Assembly: GCA_025060195.1 (NCBI GenBank)
Contig: JANXCQ010000001.1
Span: 128,352 to 192,351 of the forward strand
Length of the DNA stretch: 64,000 nt
Direction: 5' to 3'
Origin: Gemmatales bacterium
Lineage (GTDB): Bacteria > Planctomycetota > Planctomycetia > Gemmatales > HRBIN36
Below, in pieces: positions 19,718-30,969 of the stretch. Each line of letters starts with the position of its first letter. Position 1 is the stretch's first letter. Made by a program: the position numbers and the translations under genes. The notes below the pieces were generated by a model. It was given only the letters and a program-made list of their open reading frames with translations. It was not told where the DNA came from and searched no databases.

Positions 19718-21193
19718 CTAATTGGATGGAGTACCGGCGGGACAAGCCACTTCGTTCAGCAATGCCAAGATGGTAGTGACGATTTTTTCGGAAGCCCGGA
19801 CTTCCAAATAGCTGGAACGCGCGCGCCAAGTTTCGTAGCCGCCCCATTCATGCTGGCGGGGTGTCGGCAGATAACCATGATAACCATTTGCCAATTCGAT
19901 AATTATCACGGGTTTTATAGGGCTTTTCGCCTTAATTTCTAGGCCGATTTCGCAGAAGACCTCGCAGGGGATTGCGGCAATTCCGAATTCCCCCACGCGA
20001 ATCGCTTGCAGTTTTACCTGAACGGTGGGCGGGTATTTAGCTAATAGAACGGTCTCGCGCGCATATATCTCCGGAAGTGTCCTCAGAACGGGCCCTTTGG
20101 CCACTGCGAGGATTTCCCGCGCTCGGGCTAAGTCCGCCTCGCTGGGACGACGGACGCCTAATTCGATATCGCGTTCGGCCACGGCCAGACTAACATCGTC
20201 GCGATGTTTCGCGGCCACCTCCTGATACGCGGCAAAGACGTTTCGTGCCACGCTGTCGGCCACGAGGCGACATTGTTCATAAGGTTGGCGTTTTCCCGGC
20301 GCTGGTCCGGCAAAATTTACGTTATTAACATCGCCGCTCGCCCCGTTACTTAGGATACCGACGAAAGGCGGTTTGACCTGCTCCGCACCTAACAGTTGCT
20401 TTATCCTTTCGGCAAATGCTCCGAAATAGTCCGCGGATAAACCAGGCACGCCACCGACATAATGCAGGGCATAGTTCGCGAGGAAAGCTATAGGACGACC
20501 ATCCTTCGCTTGAACACTCAGAAAACCGATCTCCGGATCCGTAGGGCCCGCGGGTTTTACTAAACCAGGATGTTGAAAGCCGGGATTCATACGAACCTGG
20601 TCAATTTGACCGAACGGGTTAGGTTCTATAGTTCCAGGTTTCATGAACCACCGGCGGTTGAAGACCTGCGTTGGGTCGCGACCAACCCCCCAGGCGATTT
20701 TAGCGGATTCACATTGTCTATAAGCTTGTTCCACGCCCTCGGCAATTCGCTGGACAAGGAATTCCCGATACCACTCCACCGGCTCACTCTGAAACACACC
20801 TGTGAGAGTTACAGCGGAATGGGTATGAGTGGCTGCAATGAGCACGCTCGTCGTTGGGATGCCGGTCTTTTTCTGAATTAGATCTTTAGCCCGGTCGCAT
20901 AGATCACGAGGGATCATACACGAATCGACGATGACCAGGCCCACTATAGTTTTTCCGTCATCGAGTACCAAACATCGCGCATAAAGGGGATCGTGAACCT
21001 CACTCACTTGACGATCTATCATCGAACCGTTGACAGATACCGGGAATTTTGTTGGCGTGATGTCTATAGCAAAAGCACCGGCTTGAATCCGCGAGCGCTC
21101 CTGGGTTGCTGAGACCGTCTGACTTCTGTCACTTATGACCACAGCGAACAGCATAATTATCAAAGTAGAAACAGTCGTTATCATCCTCCGCAT
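19718..21193 (-). CDS. Secreted hydrolase, neutral/alkaline ceramidase-like (tentative)
   Basis: 491 aa with a signal/TM N-terminus. AFAIDITP ... VHDPLYARCLVLDDG ... IAATHTHSA resembles the N-terminal domain of neutral ceramidase-like proteins. Confidence 0.5.
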   Translation of the reverse strand: MRRMITTVSTLIIMLFAVVISDRSQTVSATQERSRIQAGAFAIDITPTKFPVSVNGSMIDRQVSEVHDPLYARCLVLDDGKTIVGLVIVDSCMIPRDLCDRAKDLIQKKTGIPTTSVLIAATHTHSAVTLTGVFQSEPVEWYREFLVQRIAEGVEQAYRQCESAKIAWGVGRDPTQVFNRRWFMKPGTIEPNPFGQIDQVRMNPGFQHPGLVKPAGPTDPEIGFLSVQAKDGRPIAFLANYALHYVGGVPGLSADYFGAFAERIKQLLGAEQVKPPFVGILSNGASGDVNNVNFAGPAPGKRQPYEQCRLVADSVARNVFAAYQEVAAKHRDDVSLAVAERDIELGVRRPSEADLARAREILAVAKGPVLRTLPEIYARETVLLAKYPPTVQVKLQAIRVGEFGIAAIPCEVFCEIGLEIKAKSPIKPVIIIELANGYHGYLPTPRQHEWGGYETWRARSSYLEVRASEKIVTTILALLNEVACPAGTPSN

Positions 21194-21248
21194 AATTCTC
21201 TCCCTAGAGATTAGCTAATCCAATAATGTGAGGACTGCTTCGTTGATA

Positions 21249-22700
21249 TCATTTTATTTCGGGATCACGCGTTTCTCGACGTAACTCTTCCATGCGTCGG
21301 CGAAGGGAGATAACTAAGTTTTCAGTGCCCGGCTGGGCGTAGAGATTGTTTCGCTCCTCGGGGTCATTCTGTAAGTCATAAAGTTCGAATTCTTCAGGAT
21401 CCTCGTAGTAATGGATCAATTTATAGCGTTCCGTGCGAATGCCACGATGTTTGCGAACCTTATGGGGACCAGGATACTCATAGTATTCATAGAGCCAATC
21501 GGTGCGCCAGTTTTCCGGTTGCAAGCCCCGTAGTAATGGCACTAAACTGCGTCCTTGCATATGCGCTGGCACAGGCAAACCCGCTAGCTCCATTATAGTA
21601 GGGGCTATGTCGAGATTGAGTACCATCTTAGCACATGTGGTGCCTTCCCTGACTAAAGGTGGATAGCGCACTAATAACGGCACGCGAATACTGGGTTCGT
21701 GCATGAAGCGCTTGTCGAAAGCCTGCCATTCACCCAGAAAGAATCCGTTATCTGACGTAAGGAAGATAGCCGTCTTGTTCAGCTGACCGGTTTCCTGGAG
21801 AACGTCAAGCACCTTGCCAACATTCTCATCTACAGCCACTAGAGTAGCATAATAGTCCTTGACGAGTTGATCTAAGCTTTTGACGTCGGGGAATGAACCG
21901 ATTTTATTGTCTGCCAAGTGAAAAGCTTTCGGTTTTCCCGGAGAACCAAGAGTTCGAAGATCGTAAGTAGGCGGTTTGGGAATAGTAATATCTCTAAACA
22001 GATGGCCATGGCGCGGGGCGCGGGTCCACGGGCGATGAGGGGCTTTGAACCAAAGAAAGAGACAAAACGGTTTTTGACGCTTGCCTTGAAGCCAGTTAAC
22101 CGCTCGATCGGTAACGATGTCATCCACGTAACCGCTATATTCTATGTCTTTCAACTTAGGGCTCTCAGCAATGCGGGGATTCAAATAGTCGCCCTGGCCG
22201 CGGTAGCCAAAATAATAATCCCAAGTGCGATCGCGGAGTGCCTCAGCCATATGAGACTTGCCGCAAAATGCCACTTCGTATCCTGCTTGGCGTAGATAAT
22301 CCGAGACTATGGGAATCTCGGCTGGAATGTTACGTTTTTTATTGTCGATTACCCCATGAACATGGGAATATAGTCCTGTAAGAAGCGTAGCGCGGCTAGG
22401 AGCACAAAGGGAATTAATCACGAACATATTTAAGAAGCGCATGCCCTCACGGGCAAGGCGATCCATATTTGGGGTTTGCAAAATTGTATTGCCCGCACAA
22501 CTCATTGCATCGGCGCGCTGATCATCTGTCAGGAAGATAACAAAGTTCGGACGCTCATTCGCCTGGGATGTTTCGCTGGTCATTATAAACAGGAACAAAG
22601 CTGCCAAGAGAAGAATTGAAGACCGCGAAGCCATGCGCAAATCTCCCGATATTAGATATCTAAGTGACTCCGTCACGTATAGGTTAGCCGACTTAGGCAC
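21249..22700 (-). CDS. Type I sulfatase (formylglycine-dependent)
   Basis: 483 aa with a signal peptide. PNFVIFLTDDQ and SLCAPSRATLLTG (C-x-P-x-R) sulfatase signature. Confidence 0.9.
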   Translation of the reverse strand: MPKSANLYVTESLRYLISGDLRMASRSSILLLAALFLFIMTSETSQANERPNFVIFLTDDQRADAMSCAGNTILQTPNMDRLAREGMRFLNMFVINSLCAPSRATLLTGLYSHVHGVIDNKKRNIPAEIPIVSDYLRQAGYEVAFCGKSHMAEALRDRTWDYYFGYRGQGDYLNPRIAESPKLKDIEYSGYVDDIVTDRAVNWLQGKRQKPFCLFLWFKAPHRPWTRAPRHGHLFRDITIPKPPTYDLRTLGSPGKPKAFHLADNKIGSFPDVKSLDQLVKDYYATLVAVDENVGKVLDVLQETGQLNKTAIFLTSDNGFFLGEWQAFDKRFMHEPSIRVPLLVRYPPLVREGTTCAKMVLNLDIAPTIMELAGLPVPAHMQGRSLVPLLRGLQPENWRTDWLYEYYEYPGPHKVRKHRGIRTERYKLIHYYEDPEEFELYDLQNDPEERNNLYAQPGTENLVISLRRRMEELRRETRDPEIK

Positions 22701-22722
22701 AAGTATTCAGCAGCGGCCATGC

Positions 22723-23460
22723 TTAGATATAGGTTTGCACGGTGGGTTTGATGATCAACTCAGGGACAGAAGCATGAGGAGGGAGAGTGGCGAGGAAGAG
22801 TATAGCGCGGGCGACATCCTCAGGGCGAAGTAAGCGCTGACGCTGCTCCGGAGTGGGTGGGTTTGGGCGTAAATCCAATATAGGTGTATCCACTTCCCCG
22901 GGAAATATGGTGGCTATGCGAATACCATGATCTTGTAACTCGGCCGCCAAAGATATCGCTAAGGCGGCCAGGCCAGCCTTGGCCGCATTGTAAGCAGCGC
23001 CGCCCAGGGGAGAAGGGCGCTTCGCGGCCACAGAACTGACGTTGATAACGTAGCCGGAGCCGCGTCGTAACATGCTAGGTAATAGTGCTTGGATGCAATA
23101 GAAAGCCCCATGCAGGTTAGTGCGCAATATCAGATCCCAAGTTTGGGGAGTCAGTTCAGTGACAGCTCGGTTAGGGAGGTTCGTGCCCGCGTTGTTGATG
23201 AGCAGGTCCACGTGGCCCAGCCAATCGAGGGCCGTTTGCACTGCCCGTTGTACCTCTAGGGGATCGCCAACATCGCAGGAAGCAAAACGACAAACATCGG
23301 GGGGCCAACGACAGGCAATGTCAGCGAGTTTCGCGGGATTGCGGGCAATCAGAAAAACACGTGCGCCTTCGTCCAGGAATAGTCGAGCCGTGGCTAAGCC
23401 GATCCCGGAGCTACCCCCAGTGATAAACGCGGTTTTTCCAGCCAGTAGTTCCGTAGCCAT
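22723..23460 (-). CDS. SDR family oxidoreductase
   Basis: 245 aa. TGGSSGIGLATA cofactor motif, NNAG, and catalytic YNAAK. Confidence 0.9.
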   Translation of the reverse strand: MATELLAGKTAFITGGSSGIGLATARLFLDEGARVFLIARNPAKLADIACRWPPDVCRFASCDVGDPLEVQRAVQTALDWLGHVDLLINNAGTNLPNRAVTELTPQTWDLILRTNLHGAFYCIQALLPSMLRRGSGYVINVSSVAAKRPSPLGGAAYNAAKAGLAALAISLAAELQDHGIRIATIFPGEVDTPILDLRPNPPTPEQRQRLLRPEDVARAILFLATLPPHASVPELIIKPTVQTYI

Positions 23461-23565
23461 GTTGTCGCCGTCTCAAGGTGCATCATGATATTCTTACGGC
23501 ATGCGCAATCAGGATAGCAGATCGGGACAACCGGAATCAAGATCAATTGGCAAAATTTGGTTCCC

Positions 23566-24192
23566 TCAGGGAACCGCGAGGAACCAGGTAAGCCACATGG
23601 CGAGTGCCAATAACAGGCGTACCGCCAGTTGAATTGCCCAGAACCACATGGCGTGGTTGATGGTGACTGCCACAGCTTGCAGGGCAGTCCGGAGTTGCTC
23701 TCGGACGAGTTGACGTGGGCGAATTTTTCTCAAAGTGAGCCATTCGATAATGGTACTCCACCTGCTAGAAAGCCAAAACTCTGCTTGGTCAAGTTGTTTC
23801 TCTAAGTCAGAGGTGATAACGTCAGTCGAGCCATAATATAGTGAAAATCCGTCTAGTATAAGCATAGTAAGGGCGAGTATGGTGAGCAGAATTGTCCAAA
23901 CAGGATGGTGACGCAAGTCATGCGGCGTGAGTGTCGCCTCAGGCAGTAAGTAATAAACAACCAACGAGTGTAGGATGGTAAAAATCAAGGTCAAGACAGT
24001 GGGCGCTAAGGTCTGCCAAGCGACCAATATCCAACGATGTTCCAGGATAAGCTGGCCGAGTTTGGGCCAGCGGTGTGATAATGATAATACGAAATTCATG
24101 ATCTGAAGGTATAATCGCAAACGCAAGGCAATTCCTACGCCGAAGATCACAATCAGATACAGGTTATAAAGTGCTATCAAGTTAATGCGCAT
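23566..24192 (-). CDS. Hypothetical integral membrane protein
   Basis: 208-aa ORF with several long hydrophobic stretches. No family recognised. Confidence 0.5.
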   Translation of the reverse strand: MRINLIALYNLYLIVIFGVGIALRLRLYLQIMNFVLSLSHRWPKLGQLILEHRWILVAWQTLAPTVLTLIFTILHSLVVYYLLPEATLTPHDLRHHPVWTILLTILALTMLILDGFSLYYGSTDVITSDLEKQLDQAEFWLSSRWSTIIEWLTLRKIRPRQLVREQLRTALQAVAVTINHAMWFWAIQLAVRLLLALAMWLTWFLAVP

Positions 24193-25980
24193 TATTGAGT
24201 TCCAGGTGATGAGGTACGATTAAGTCTAAGTTGTTACCTGGGGGCTGGGAGCAAGAGTGTAAACGCTAAGAATTTCTTCAGGAGCAATCGCGATGCTGAT
24301 GCCATCGTCAGCATTCTAAACAGTCCGCGTATGATTCACGGAAGGACGACAATTTTACTTAGGTAACGAGGCGCTTCGCAAGTATAGGCATTCGGCTCGC
24401 CCTTGCTGACCTATCTATTCCCCCACCATGCCGACCAGCTATTCTATGGGTCGGCGGTGTTTTATACCAGCCCCCACCCGAAAGCGTTCGAGCAAGCACA
24501 TTGACTAACAAGTAAATGCCGCGGTTAGATTGAGTCCTCGCTCAGGGGCATAGCCGCTCATACTAGCCCAAAGAAAGCAGGGCGTTCACAGCATAATTCA
24601 GTTCTGTTAGAGAATAGCTCATCTTCTGGATGAGCAAGTTGTGTGCCAGATAAGGTGGTTTACGCGTGTCGTCTTATTGGTTATCTCTGGCGTATACGGA
24701 CGCATAGGTAATTCATGGGTCAATGACGAAGACTTCCAGCCACTAATGTTCATCCGCTTGAGAGATGCTTTCCAAAAGGGCGTGGCGAATGTGCTCCATA
24801 AGTAGAAGTAGCTAATCAGCATTGCTACTATGTTGAAGGCTGACCTCAACGTTGGCCGCTGATCAAGCGGACAAAATGAAGTAATGCGAGCCCATGACCT
24901 AACTGGCCGGAGTCGCGGTGAACCTGAAAGCTGGGAAATCCTATCTTCACGCGGAAGAGTCTGCATTGCAGGTAGAAATCACCTCGACAGTTAGAGGGAT
25001 GACACGGTACATTGTGGTGTGGAGTTTACATGTACTAACCAGTGCGCATGTTGAGCGGTAAATTAGTTAAAGCGGGTTCGGTGAGTCGCCACAAGGGCCG
25101 CCGTTGCTGAATGGTGTTCCAGTGGGCTAATACGGTTGCGAACGTGAGCCAAAAGCTATTCGTGCCTAAGGGCCATTTCTTTCTAAACAGCCAGTTTGGC
25201 GAATGGAGCAGTGTCCCAAGGGGCAAGATTGACTGTACCATTCGCATGAAGAGCCTAGAATCGAGTAAAGAGAGAAAGATGAATCACATAAATGAGGCAT
25301 CGCGATCTACATGCAAGGCCGTTAATCCCCGATAAACCTCCGCCGCTGACTATATCCGACTTCCAAGAATCTAAGCGCTGTGTTGGGCCTACTAGAGCTC
25401 GGGATTGGCTACTAATAACGAAGCTCCTCCAAGGTAACGGAGACATTAGCCTAGAGTCGCGCAAAGCGTCGTGGCGACAGGTTGAACCTGTCCTGGTATG
25501 GCGATGACGGGGCCAAAACTTTATCTCACCGGCTAGCAAGAATGGGAACGAGTACCGGCCCCTGCTACTAGAGTCATGCAGGCATGTTATAATCGTGATA
25601 TCTCGCCTACTAATTTTTCCTAGCAGTTACAACGTCTTGGTGTGGAATACGGGCCCTCGGTTATCGGAAGGATGTGGAAAGTGCCGATGATTGCCATGCT
25701 CGGGATCGTGCCTATAATGCCATTGGCCGGGGGAGAGGATACCTCTGGGGCTGCCTGGGCGACCGGTCTCAGATCCCTCCCTCGGCCTTTATATTTTTGC
25801 GTAGCTTGACGCCCATTGATTGGGAACGATGATCGAGTGATCCTTAGCGATTCCGTGTTGACGCAAGCGACGCAGTTTTACTAGGCCATGGATACATTTG
25901 ACTGACAGTCGAGCCCAACGTGATTTGAGAGTGACCAGAGCAAGGATAATGAAAGCCTTGGCTTCATAAAAAGGCTTGGT

Positions 25981-27165
25981 ATGAAGCTTAAACAACAGCC
26001 GCAGGATTTCTGTGTTGAGGAATTGACTGAAGTAAAAGTCGGTTCGGAAGGTGCGTATGCTTTTTATCGTTTGGACAAAGAATCGCTTGGCACACCTGAG
26101 GCAATTGATGCCATTTGCCGAAAATGGAAGATACCGCGTTGGCGCATCGGATACGGTGGCTTGAAGGATCGGCATGCGCGCACGAAGCAGTTTGTGAGTA
26201 TTTTCCATGGTCCTCGTCGTGGTCTGAAGCAGACCCATTTACACTTACACTACCTGGGTCAGATCACAGTTCCTTATGGGCCAAAACTTGTAACAGGTAA
26301 CCGCTTTCAGATCACGGTTCGTGACTTGTCGAGCAGCGAAGCGCGTGAGGCGCTGGACAGTTTAGACGAACTGCAGCAGGATGGCGTGCCCAATTATTTC
26401 GACGATCAGCGTTTTGGTTCGGTGCCCGCTGACCGGCGGTTCATTGCCCGGTATTTGATTCTGGAGGACTACGAAACCGCCCTGAAGCTGGCACTGACGG
26501 CGCCGCATGAGCATGATCGCAGTGAGATTAAGCGGCTCAAGGAGTTGTTACGTAAGGAATGGGGAAACTGGACGTCGCTCAAGGAGCAGTTGCGTCCCGG
26601 TAATGTACGCAGCGTCATCAATTATTTATGCGATCATCCTCAGGATTTTCGCGGCGCGTTTGCGTGTCTGCATATGGAGCTTAAGACGCTCTATTTGTCG
26701 GCTTATCAAAGTTATCTGTGGAACCTGTGTCTCAGTCGATGGTTGGAGCGTCATTGCCGAGCGGAGCAACTGTTCCAGGTGCCGCTAAAGACTGGGCCCG
26801 TATGGTTTTATCGGCGGCTGAGTGTTGAGCAGCGACAAGCCTTGCAGAGTCTTAGAATCCCCTATCTCAGCGCGCGGCTGAAATTGTCGGACGACCACCC
26901 TCTCCGACCGATCATCGAGGACGTCTTAGCTTCGGAGAAGATCACTCTACGGCAACTTCGCCTGCGACATTTTCGCAAACCTTTCTTTTCGCGGGGAGAG
27001 CGTTCTGCCGTCTTTTTCCCCCAGGATTTGGTGTATCGCCTCGACGACGACGAGCTAAACACTGGTAAACGTAAACTATTCTTAGAGTTCGTGTTACCCC
27101 GGGGTTGCTATGCCACGATGCTTATCAAGCGTATTACGATGGTTCCTAAATTGCCGTCAGATTGA
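25981..27165 (+). CDS. truD: tRNA pseudouridine(13) synthase
   Basis: 394 aa. N-terminal QPQDFCVEE and catalytic GYGGLKDRHARTKQ motif of TruD. Confidence 0.9.
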   Translation: MKLKQQPQDFCVEELTEVKVGSEGAYAFYRLDKESLGTPEAIDAICRKWKIPRWRIGYGGLKDRHARTKQFVSIFHGPRRGLKQTHLHLHYLGQITVPYGPKLVTGNRFQITVRDLSSSEAREALDSLDELQQDGVPNYFDDQRFGSVPADRRFIARYLILEDYETALKLALTAPHEHDRSEIKRLKELLRKEWGNWTSLKEQLRPGNVRSVINYLCDHPQDFRGAFACLHMELKTLYLSAYQSYLWNLCLSRWLERHCRAEQLFQVPLKTGPVWFYRRLSVEQRQALQSLRIPYLSARLKLSDDHPLRPIIEDVLASEKITLRQLRLRHFRKPFFSRGERSAVFFPQDLVYRLDDDELNTGKRKLFLEFVLPRGCYATMLIKRITMVPKLPSD

Positions 27166-27356
27166 CCTTGGGCAGGTCAGAGGCGAGATGGCTCGGGCAA
27201 AACCAGGTCGCGCCGTAGTCAGGCAGCTAACTACCTTAATGACCTGTCAGCGTGGCCTGCGTCTCCAAATTATCCGCGTTGCTAGGGTTGATTTTGCCAC
27301 CGAGATGCCTAGATTCTCAGGGATAAATCGGCAACTCTTTACCTAAGGAGACGGGT

Positions 27357-29174
27357 ATGTTCAGGCGACTTGGTGCGGTAGTGCTAGCATGGCTAACGGT
27401 CTATCCCCTTGCTTTTGCGGCTCCCATTCCCGGGGGACAAGTCGCGCCAGAAGCACTGTTCGACGGGCGCTGTGGGCTGTACCTACGCTATGATGGCTAT
27501 GCACCACATCGACAGGCTCTGGAGAAAACGGCTTTGGCTGAGGTTTGGCGCAACGGTTTTCAGGAGGCGTACCATCGGTTGCTGGAGCAATTCTGGGGGC
27601 TTTTGGACACCATTCCCTTACCTGAGTCGGCCGACCAACTAAAGCATCATTTGCCTATGGCGTTGAGCCGGTTGCTGGAAGATGGCTTCGTCGTGGGTGT
27701 GCAGCTCTTCGACCCGACTGAATTCCGTATGCAAATCACTGTGGTGCTGCCTCGTCAGGCTGCAGGGGAAAAACACTTCGCTGCCTTACTGCGTTTCTGG
27801 GCAGAAGTCAACGATTGGAAAGTAACGGCTGTGCGAGTGCGCGATCGGCAGATCCAGCAAATTCAGATTGAGGATACCTCTTGGCACATTTTTTGGTGGA
27901 CGGAGGCGGAGCACCTCGTTTTGCTGATAGGAACGGAATCACCGCAAGAGACCCTCGATGTTCGGGAGGGCAAAATACCCAGCGTGCTGCAGAATGAGTG
28001 GTACAAACGACTGGCGAATGGCCCTGGCTATGAAACTTTTTTGCGTGGCTATATCAACGGCAAACCATGGTTGGAAGCAATGCGCCAGCTCGGCCCGGAA
28101 GCCCAGAAGTTCATCGGTGTCCTGGGCTTGGAGGACATCCCCGCCATTACTTGGTACATGGGCACCGAGGGTCGGGCCATCCGAAGCACGGTGTGCGTGC
28201 ATCTGGTTCGGGCACCCCGTCGTGGTCTGGCCGCGCTTTTCCCCGATATGCAGAAGGGCATCGAGTCTTATTGGCAAAACCTGACCATGCTGCCGCCCTT
28301 GGCCCCGCGTGCGGAAGTTGCCCTGTTCCAATTCGACGTTGCAGAATTTGGTAAGCAGCTGCGGCATGTCGCGGAATTCGCTGGGCAAATCTTAATTGGC
28401 GCGGAAGGAGCTGCGGAAATCCGCGAGCAACTCGACGACCTTGCGCAATCTCCCGCGGGGAAATTGCTCGCAGAGCTAGTACCTCATCTGGATTCTGTCT
28501 GGTTTATCAGCGACGCCAGCGCTGATGGGATACTTTCCACGGGGACGATGGTAGGCGTACGTCTGAAAAATAGCGCGGCCGTGCGGAAATTGTTAGCGAA
28601 GCTACAACCGTTTGATGTTTGGGACGTTCGTGTGGAGTTCCGCACGCGGCAGTATCGAGGGTTCGAGCTGATCTGTATGAGCCTGGGTGAGCGACTAGGT
28701 CCGTTTGGCTTATTTCCCGTGGTGCCGACCTTAGCCGTGGTGGACGACTGGCTGCTTTTCTCACTTTGGCCACAGCCGATTCAGGGCGTGATTCTGCGGC
28801 GGGAGAGTAAACAGTGGGCACGATGGAAACCGTCAGCAGAGGCTCAGCAATTCTTGGCGCAACTTGCGAACAAACCAGGCGGGCGCCTTGTGGGATTTGA
28901 AGAATCCGATCCACGGGGCACGATGGAGTTTCTTGGTTCGATCATACCCTTCATCGGGGGACTCATTCATTCAGCGACAGGAGGTGAATTTGACGTGACG
29001 TTGCTTCCACACACACAAGCGTTGAGTGAACCGCTCTTTCCCAACGTTACTCTTTATCTTGCTGAACCCGATTGCCTACGGATTGAGAGCCGAGATTCGC
29101 TCTCTGTACCTGGGACTTTCTGGTGGTTTCCCGCTCTTGAGGGGCTCTTCGAGTTTGTCTTCCAAATGTTTTGA
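27357..29174 (+). CDS. Hypothetical secreted protein
   Basis: 605-aa ORF. Signal peptide (LGAVVLAWLTVYPLAFA). AAGGAG RBS. No family recognised. Confidence 0.6.
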   Translation: MFRRLGAVVLAWLTVYPLAFAAPIPGGQVAPEALFDGRCGLYLRYDGYAPHRQALEKTALAEVWRNGFQEAYHRLLEQFWGLLDTIPLPESADQLKHHLPMALSRLLEDGFVVGVQLFDPTEFRMQITVVLPRQAAGEKHFAALLRFWAEVNDWKVTAVRVRDRQIQQIQIEDTSWHIFWWTEAEHLVLLIGTESPQETLDVREGKIPSVLQNEWYKRLANGPGYETFLRGYINGKPWLEAMRQLGPEAQKFIGVLGLEDIPAITWYMGTEGRAIRSTVCVHLVRAPRRGLAALFPDMQKGIESYWQNLTMLPPLAPRAEVALFQFDVAEFGKQLRHVAEFAGQILIGAEGAAEIREQLDDLAQSPAGKLLAELVPHLDSVWFISDASADGILSTGTMVGVRLKNSAAVRKLLAKLQPFDVWDVRVEFRTRQYRGFELICMSLGERLGPFGLFPVVPTLAVVDDWLLFSLWPQPIQGVILRRESKQWARWKPSAEAQQFLAQLANKPGGRLVGFEESDPRGTMEFLGSIIPFIGGLIHSATGGEFDVTLLPHTQALSEPLFPNVTLYLAEPDCLRIESRDSLSVPGTFWWFPALEGLFEFVFQMF

Positions 29175-29276
29175 CACACAAACTAACTGTTTTGGCGATA
29201 CATAGATTCCAGGCGGAAATTGCGCGAACTGGGTCTCCTCTTGACTAACCGCGCGGATGGGTTGCGCCAGAACATC

Positions 29277-30787
29277 TTATTGTGCACTAGGCAAGGGGTC
29301 GCGGACGATTTCTCGCAGTGCCAGGTATGGGTCTTCCGAATCTGCGTTTAAGACGTCGGGATAGAGTTGTCTTGTAATCTGTTGGGGTGTCACCAAGCCT
29401 AACTTGATTAGCAACCGGTGAACCCGAGCCCGCCGATACGTTTCATTGATTTGCGCATCCTGAAATAGACTTTCCCAATCCCGGAGTTGCTCTGCAGACG
29501 CGAATCGCGGCGGAGCAATGGGGTTTTGCGTCATCGAGTTTTGGTCGTGCTGGTAACTGCGCACAGACTGTGTGGCCTCGAGGGCCCGACGATGATAGTC
29601 AAGCAGAAATCAGATACATTTGAATCGTTTTGAGCCCGACCGGGTACATCCAGTAACGCGGACAACGCTTGAATAAACGCTTCCGGTGAATAAAGTCCAG
29701 GCCATACATCCAAAACGGTGCCATCGGAAAGGCAAACATAGGTAGCGATGTTACCGTTGAGCGTGCGCGTGACTGTTATCCCATTACCAAAATCCAGCCG
29801 CACGATGGGCACGGGGCGAACCGACCTCCACGTTGCTCCAAAATGACGATTCACAAATGTTGCGACTCGTTCTTCCGAGAACAACACGGTTCTCGCTCTG
29901 CGGGCGTTCGTTCAGGTGAATTCTTAGTCTAATCGGTCCAGTAGCTGGAACAACAAAACTGGATTACCCGACTTCTCCGCGGCGCCACAAACGGCTCAAA
30001 ATCCTCATGCCAACGCACCTGACCAGGCGACACCCGGGGGTTGGTCCAATCCGCCTCATGAGAGGGCTTTTCCTTCGCTATAGATTCATGCGGAGCGGAA
30101 TTCGATAACGGGCGTTCATGCCGATTAGGGGCGCGGATGGAATTTCTTGGTTCCACAAGGCCGTTCGATCCTTCCGCGCGAGCGCTAGGTGGCGCCGCAT
30201 TAGGCGATCGATGCTTGGCATCGGGCTGAGTTATCATCTGGCTTGAAGCTGCGTTCGTAACGACATCCGGCGACGCTGAGCCAGATTTCCTGCTTACCAT
30301 GGTGTTGGAAGGTATCAGAATTTTCAAAGGTCTTTCTACGAGAGACTTACTCAAATCGAAACGAGAGAACCGTTCCTTGTTCCCCTGCTCGGTTGGGTTC
30401 GGCGCTGCTGCGGCGTCTGTTTGTACTTGTTGGATTTGCGTCCCAAAAACCGAGTCGGTCGGACGGAAAACGGTTGCGCCAATGGGCTTTATCACAGTGG
30501 GGTCTGCTGCGGGAACACGGGCACGCCGTTTGGCCTGCGAGCCGCGTTTCGGAGTTAGAGGAGGCAGTGAGTAATTTGAGGGGTGCTTCAGTGCCGGCCT
30601 TACTTACGTCTGCAGTTGAACGGCTACTAACTTCGTTAGCATCAGCGCGCAACCCGTCTATTCCCGTCCAATATAACAAGGCGGCATTCTCGAAAAGCTC
30701 AGACCCCGATGGATTGGGAGCAATCAAAGTTTCGCCGAGAAACAGCTTGATATTCCCAGTAAGGGCATAGACGCAAAGAGATTTCAT
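29277..30787 (-). pseudogene. Probable disrupted gene (four abutting same-strand ORFs in three frames); thioredoxin-fold-like middle part (tentative)
   Basis: ORFs 30787-30347, 30495-29929, 29887-29531 and 29564-29277 overlap or abut end to end in frames 1/0/1/2. VRWHEDFEPF ... and ... ERVATFVNRHFG ... VRLDFGNG resemble a thioredoxin-like region, but no CxxC is recoverable in any frame around 29887-29931. Confidence 0.4.
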
Positions 30788-30969
30788 GGTTCTTCCCCAA
30801 CTTTTAGGACTTGCGCCGACGTGAGTATTTATTGTGAGACCCTGCCCCGTTATTGGGACAAAGTACGAGGCATGCGTAACAGTCTTATCAAGAAGATGCT
30901 GAGCATACCGGAGTTCGAGAGAGTGTCTTTCGGTCGTAGTCGAAAACTTTTTGTTGCGTGTTTAGCTCC

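Noticed and set aside
25672-25809. 45-aa ORF (MWKVPMIAMLGIVPIMPLAGGE...) with a signal-peptide-like start upstream of truD
   Set aside because: The only SD-like sequence (GGAAGG) abuts the ATG with no spacing, and there is no other support. It is too short to judge without comparative data.
24193-25980. Hidden coding region using a reassigned stop codon (alternative genetic code)
   Set aside because: In the stretch I checked by hand (24241-24420, plus strand), every frame contains at least two different stop-codon types. A one-codon reassignment therefore does not open a frame. I did not check the entire block or the minus strand exhaustively.
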